Shown here piece after piece: positions 28,311 to 32,000 of a stretch of DNA of 32,000 nt. A program made the position numbers and the translations under genes. Each line of letters opens with the position of its first letter. The first letter of the stretch is position 1. The DNA is from Gemmatales bacterium (GTDB taxonomy: Bacteria; Planctomycetota; Planctomycetia; Gemmatales; Gemmataceae): the NCBI GenBank assembly GCA_038227745.1, contig JBBRPS010000015.1, forward strand, positions 501 to 32,500. Reading direction: 5' to 3'. The notes beneath the pieces are model-generated. The model did no database searches. It worked only from the letters and a program-made list of their open reading frames with translations, and had not been told where the DNA came from.

Positions 28311-30616
28311 GGACGGTCCCCGAGGGGGAGGGACCAGTTCTTGATGCCCGGGAACAGGTCGCGCGGCGCGCCGCGCGCGGCGGCGCCGTAGGGGCAGCTG
28401 GCGACGCAGGGCGGCTCCGCGCGGTCCGTCAGGCAGAGGTCGCACTTGGTCGCGACCAGCGCGAGCCCGGTCCGCTTTTTGAAGCTGTTGGTGGGGGCGG
28501 CGTCGCGGGCGGTGGGCGGCGGCTCCATGTGGATCACGTCGAAGGGGCAGGCCGGCACGCACTTCTCGCAGCCGATGCAGCGGTGCATGTGGATCTGCAC
28601 GATGCGCTTCTCCACGAAGCTGATGGCCCCCACGGGACAGGCGTCCTGGCAGGGGGCGTCGCTGCAGTGGACGCAGGCGGCGGCCACCGTCCACTTGCCG
28701 AAGTGCAGGTCGGGGTTGGAACGCTGGAACCGGGGCATGCCGTCGTGCGCCTCGGCACAGGCCTGCACGCACTGGTCGCAGCGCGTACACAGGTCCATGT
28801 CGATCCGCAGCAAGTTCGTGGCCGCCAGCAGCTTGGACGCGACCTCTTGCGGCGGGTCGCGAGGCGGCAGCAGTTCCAGGCTGTCCAGGCGCCGGTCGCG
28901 GGTGCGGTTGCGGTCCTGTTCGTTCTGCAATTTGCGGGCGACGAAGGGGTGTGCCCGCAGCAGCACCGTCAGGGCGGCACGGTTCAGGCGGACCAGGTGG
29001 GTCGGCGTGACGGCACGCACCGTCGCGGTATGGGCCGCCCCCTCGGCGGCACTGGAGACACCCAGGAAGCCGTGGCGGTCGTACTGGTTGACGAGGATCT
29101 CACCGCCGGCCGCCCGGCGCGTCGCGCGCACGGTGCCGCTGATCAGGAAGCCGAGGTGCTCCGACGGCTCGCCTTCCTGGGAAATCACCTGGTCCTTGCC
29201 GTGGTGCAGCAACTCGACGCCCCCGAAGACCGCGCGGAGTTGCCCCACCAGTTCCCGCAGTTCGGCGACGGTCAGCGGCGGCGGCGGCCCGGCGGGCCGC
29301 AGGCAGTCCGGCAGCGCCGCCGCGAGGAGCAGGTGGTTCAGGCGGATCGTCTCGTTCACCGTCAGCGCCGCGGGGCCGCGCTGCCGCAAGCCGCGCACCT
29401 CCTCGGTCGGCCCCCCCTCCGGCCAGGTGTCCCCGGAGGAAAGGTCGGCGTCCTTCAACAACTCGTTGAGTGCGCCCAGGAGGCGGTGGCGCAGCCCCCG
29501 GTCCTCGGCGGCCGCAGTGGCGGCCATGAGCCTGCGCAGGCCCGGGTCGAGCCGGCGCCGCACGAGGCCCGCGACGCCGTGCCGCGCTCCCTTCAGCCGC
29601 CCGAGGAAAGCGGGCCAATCCGTGACGTCGCTCTCGTACAGAGTGTCGCGGAACAGGCGGTTGTCGGTGAGGAGGGTCGGCAGCACGAGGTCGAGGAAGT
29701 CGTCATCGAACCTCCGCGCCACTTCCGGTGCGTTGGCGGCGATTTCGGCGAGCACCTCACGGCGGATCAGCAGGACCTCGCAGGGCGGTGTCGCGGCGTC
29801 GGGGTCCGCCTGGAGGGTGACGGCGCGCGGCGTGTTCCACAGCGCGCCGGGGACGCCCTGAAGTCGATCGAGGACGGGGCAGAGCAGGCCGGCGTCATCC
29901 ACGGAGGGCACGGCGCGCAGTTCCTGCCCGCGGGCTTCCGCCGAGGCGGGACCCAGTTCGAGAGGGTTCGCCAGCCAGCGCTCGTGGGGGCGGCGGCCGA
30001 GCCAGCGGCAGAAGGTCCGTGCGACCCACCCCTGGAAGTGCTGCCACGGCGAGCGCCGGGCGCCCGGACGGGTGACGTCGCCGACCCAGTCCTCCAGGGC
30101 GCCGAGCATGCCTCGCACGCGCCGCGCGAGGAGGCGAATGACGCGGGTCGGCCAGCGGGGCGGGGGCGCGTCCGGCCGCAGTCGGTCGGTGTGCTCGAGG
30201 GCCCAGCCCTCCAGGCGGTGCAGGGGCAGGCGCGGGCGATTCCAGCACTCGGCGAGGTCGTCGGTCCGGCCGGCCGCGACGGGCGGGCCTTCCGTGGGGC
30301 CGTGTCGGCGGTAGACGCGCATGCGGCCCTGGAGCAGCAGGGCGGCGTAGCCGCTGTAGCCCCCTTCGGGCATGATGACTTCGCCGGGGGCGAACCGGAT
30401 GAGGAAGAAATAGGTCTCCAGGTCGTATGGGGCCAGCTTCTTGCGCAGCGTGGCCAGCAGGGCAGGCGCTGGGGTGATCTTGCAGGCCGTGTCGGTAGGA
30501 TGGCAGAGGTGCTCCAGGACGGCTTCGGCTGACAGGGGCAGGGTTTCCACGGGCGTGACTTTCTCGGTTGGCGTCTCTTGGGTGGCGCGGCACAGGGGCC
30601 CGCCGCAGTCTAGCAT
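28307..30616 (-). CDS. Protein with two cyclic-nucleotide-binding-like domains and a C-terminal multi-cluster 4Fe-4S ferredoxin module
   Basis: CAP-effector-like stretches FFLIRFAPGEVIMPEGGYSGYAALLLQGRMRVY and LLHHGKDQVISQEGEPSEHLGFLISGTVRA...GFLGVSSAAEGAAHTATVRAVTPTHLVRL. Cys motifs CTRCDQCVQAC, CVHCSDAPCQDACP, CIGCEKCVPACP and CDLC...CVASCP. The start is uncertain: ATG 30616 is chosen to avoid a 5-prime overlap with the divergent gene, but in-frame ATGs exist up to 30835. Confidence 0.82.
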   Translation of the reverse strand: MLDCGGPLCRATQETPTEKVTPVETLPLSAEAVLEHLCHPTDTACKITPAPALLATLRKKLAPYDLETYFFLIRFAPGEVIMPEGGYSGYAALLLQGRMRVYRRHGPTEGPPVAAGRTDDLAECWNRPRLPLHRLEGWALEHTDRLRPDAPPPRWPTRVIRLLARRVRGMLGALEDWVGDVTRPGARRSPWQHFQGWVARTFCRWLGRRPHERWLANPLELGPASAEARGQELRAVPSVDDAGLLCPVLDRLQGVPGALWNTPRAVTLQADPDAATPPCEVLLIRREVLAEIAANAPEVARRFDDDFLDLVLPTLLTDNRLFRDTLYESDVTDWPAFLGRLKGARHGVAGLVRRRLDPGLRRLMAATAAAEDRGLRHRLLGALNELLKDADLSSGDTWPEGGPTEEVRGLRQRGPAALTVNETIRLNHLLLAAALPDCLRPAGPPPPLTVAELRELVGQLRAVFGGVELLHHGKDQVISQEGEPSEHLGFLISGTVRATRRAAGGEILVNQYDRHGFLGVSSAAEGAAHTATVRAVTPTHLVRLNRAALTVLLRAHPFVARKLQNEQDRNRTRDRRLDSLELLPPRDPPQEVASKLLAATNLLRIDMDLCTRCDQCVQACAEAHDGMPRFQRSNPDLHFGKWTVAAACVHCSDAPCQDACPVGAISFVEKRIVQIHMHRCIGCEKCVPACPFDVIHMEPPPTARDAAPTNSFKKRTGLALVATKCDLCLTDRAEPPCVASCPYGAAARGAPRDLFPGIKNWSLPLGDRP

Positions 30617-30695
30617 GCCAGGGGGGCCGGCACGCCGCAAGTATTTTTTCAGGCCAGCCGGTGACACCGGCAACACCGTGGCGGACAGATAATCC

Positions 30696-30724
30696 TTGCA
30701 AACGGTGTCCTTCTTCTCGATACT
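30696..30724 (+). promoter_or_regulatory. Weak candidate promoter for the divergent TPR-SLOG-like gene
   Basis: TTGCAA (30696-30701), 17 nt, GATACT (30719-30724), in the AT-richer divergent intergenic region. Each hexamer matches the consensus at 4 of 6 positions. Confidence 0.3.
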
Positions 30725-30788
30725 CAGCGGAGCCCCAGCCGCCCCTGGCGGTATCCCATGACCCTTCCCCCTTCCGGCGAGAGCCCGC

Positions 30789-32000
30789 ATGGCCACCAGC
30801 ATCGAACGCCTGTTAGACCGGCTGAAGACGCACAAGGCCGACGTCCTGGATCTCCTTCAGGCCCACCGGACCCGGGCGGACGAACCGCACTGGCGGCAAG
30901 ACCCCCGCCTCTACCGGGCCTTCGCCAAGAAGCTCATCAGCGCCGGCCACCCGACCCGGGCGGTCGAGCTACTCCGCGAGGCCCTGGAGTACCACCGGGC
31001 CGACCTCGACCTGAAGTACCTGCTCGCGCTGGCGTTCGCGCGCGGCGGCAACATCGTCCAGGCCAAACCCTATCTCGATGAGCTCCTGAAGGTGCCGGAC
31101 CTCGAGCCCCGCCTCCAGGTCGAGGTGTTCAGCCTCGAGGGCCGCTCCCTGAAGGACCGCTACGCGCGCACCGCCGACCCCGCCGTCCGGACCGAGCTCG
31201 CCAGGAAGTCGGCCGCGTGCTACCTCCGCGCCGCCCGGGTGTCGGACGACCTGGTCCCGCTGATCAACGCCGCGACCATGTCCCTGCTCGGCGACGACGC
31301 CGAGCAGGCCCGCGCCCTGGCGAGCAAGATCGTCCGGCGGGCGAAAGCCGAGCTCAAGGAGCCGGGCAAGGACCAGGACTACTGGCTCCTGGCGACGCTG
31401 GCCGAGGCCTCCCTGATCCTGGGGGACCTGAAACGGGTGAAGGACTGGATACTGCGGGCAGTCCAGGTGGCCGGCGACGACGTCGGCGACGTCGCCTCGA
31501 CGCGCCGCAACCTCCTCCTCCTCAAGGACAAGATCGAGGTCGGCGAGACGATCTGGGGGCTGTTCAACATCGGCACCGTTGTGGCCTTCTCCGGCCACAT
31601 GCTCGACCACCCGCGGCGGACGACCCGGGCGGCGCGTGCTGCCCGCTTCCCGCCTGACGCGGCCCTGGAGCGGCGCGTGGGCGAGGCGATCCGCGAGCGG
31701 CTCGCGAATCTCAACGCCACGGTCGGGTACTGCTCGGCCGCCTGCGGCTCGGACATCCTGTTCGCCGAGTGCATGCTGGAGCGGAAGAACGCCGAACTCC
31801 ACGTCATCCTGCCCTTCCACAAAGAGGACTTCTATCACACCAGCGTCGATTTCGGCCTCACGGAGATGGCTTCCTGGCGGGCGCGCTGCGACGCCGTCCT
31901 GGCGCGCGCCAAGCAGGTCCACTACGCCACGGCCGAGCATTACTTCGAGACTTTAGCAAGGTTAGTGCAGTCGCCCGACCTTCCGTTGCGCATAAGATGA
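30789..32000 (+). CDS. TPR / DUF4071-like helical-repeat protein with a C-terminal SLOG-like Rossmannoid domain, apparently truncated at the window edge
   Basis: MATSIERLLDRL start. Helical repeats with PLINAATMSLL. Then VVAFSGHMLDHP...RFPPDAALERRVGEAIRERL...VGYCSAACGSDILFAECMLERKNAELHVILPF, resembling YpsA/MoCo-carrier-type SLOG modules. The last 16 codons switch to rare codons (ACT TTA GCA AGG TTA ... ATA AGA) before a TGA at 31998-32000. Confidence 0.75.
   Translation: MATSIERLLDRLKTHKADVLDLLQAHRTRADEPHWRQDPRLYRAFAKKLISAGHPTRAVELLREALEYHRADLDLKYLLALAFARGGNIVQAKPYLDELLKVPDLEPRLQVEVFSLEGRSLKDRYARTADPAVRTELARKSAACYLRAARVSDDLVPLINAATMSLLGDDAEQARALASKIVRRAKAELKEPGKDQDYWLLATLAEASLILGDLKRVKDWILRAVQVAGDDVGDVASTRRNLLLLKDKIEVGETIWGLFNIGTVVAFSGHMLDHPRRTTRAARAARFPPDAALERRVGEAIRERLANLNATVGYCSAACGSDILFAECMLERKNAELHVILPFHKEDFYHTSVDFGLTEMASWRARCDAVLARAKQVHYATAEHYFETLARLVQSPDLPLRIR

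Overview
High-GC (roughly two-thirds G+C by eye) bacterial chromosomal segment. The gene content looks planctomycete, Gemmataceae-like: a giant membrane Ser/Thr kinase with 21 WD40 blades, a ceramidase-like exported protein, an HEAT-like secreted protein and long stop-free antisense ORFs. That taxonomy is inference only. Core genes: dnaG-rpoD followed by a DUF164 zinc-ribbon gene (minus strand), a nirB-like nitrite reductase plus an FNT transporter (minus strand), and tsaD. Accessory content, left to right: (i) a low-GC patch at the left edge with a partial GIY-YIG/T5orf172 gene and an iteron-like repeat array; (ii) a small island at 7.7-10.8 kb with a zinc-ribbon plus nucleotidyltransferase-like two-gene cassette that has its own promoter, next to a MazEF-type toxin-antitoxin pair whose toxin has a 1-nt frameshift; (iii) a kinase gene split by an extra C in a C8 run; (iv) a MITE-like 157-bp palindromic element; (v) at 24.5-32 kb, the best candidate for an undescribed system. 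That cluster has a translationally coupled pair (a protein with two cNMP-binding-like domains and a 4Fe-4S ferredoxin module, then a His-rich five-TM membrane protein). An 826-aa protein follows that fuses an apparently intact RelA/SpoT-type pyrophosphokinase to TPRs, a TRPM-type SLOG domain and RyR repeats. A TPR-SLOG-like gene is transcribed divergently and ends in a run of foreign-looking codons exactly at the window edge. All domain calls come from reading motifs by eye; no database search was possible. No rRNA, tRNA or CRISPR array was recognised.
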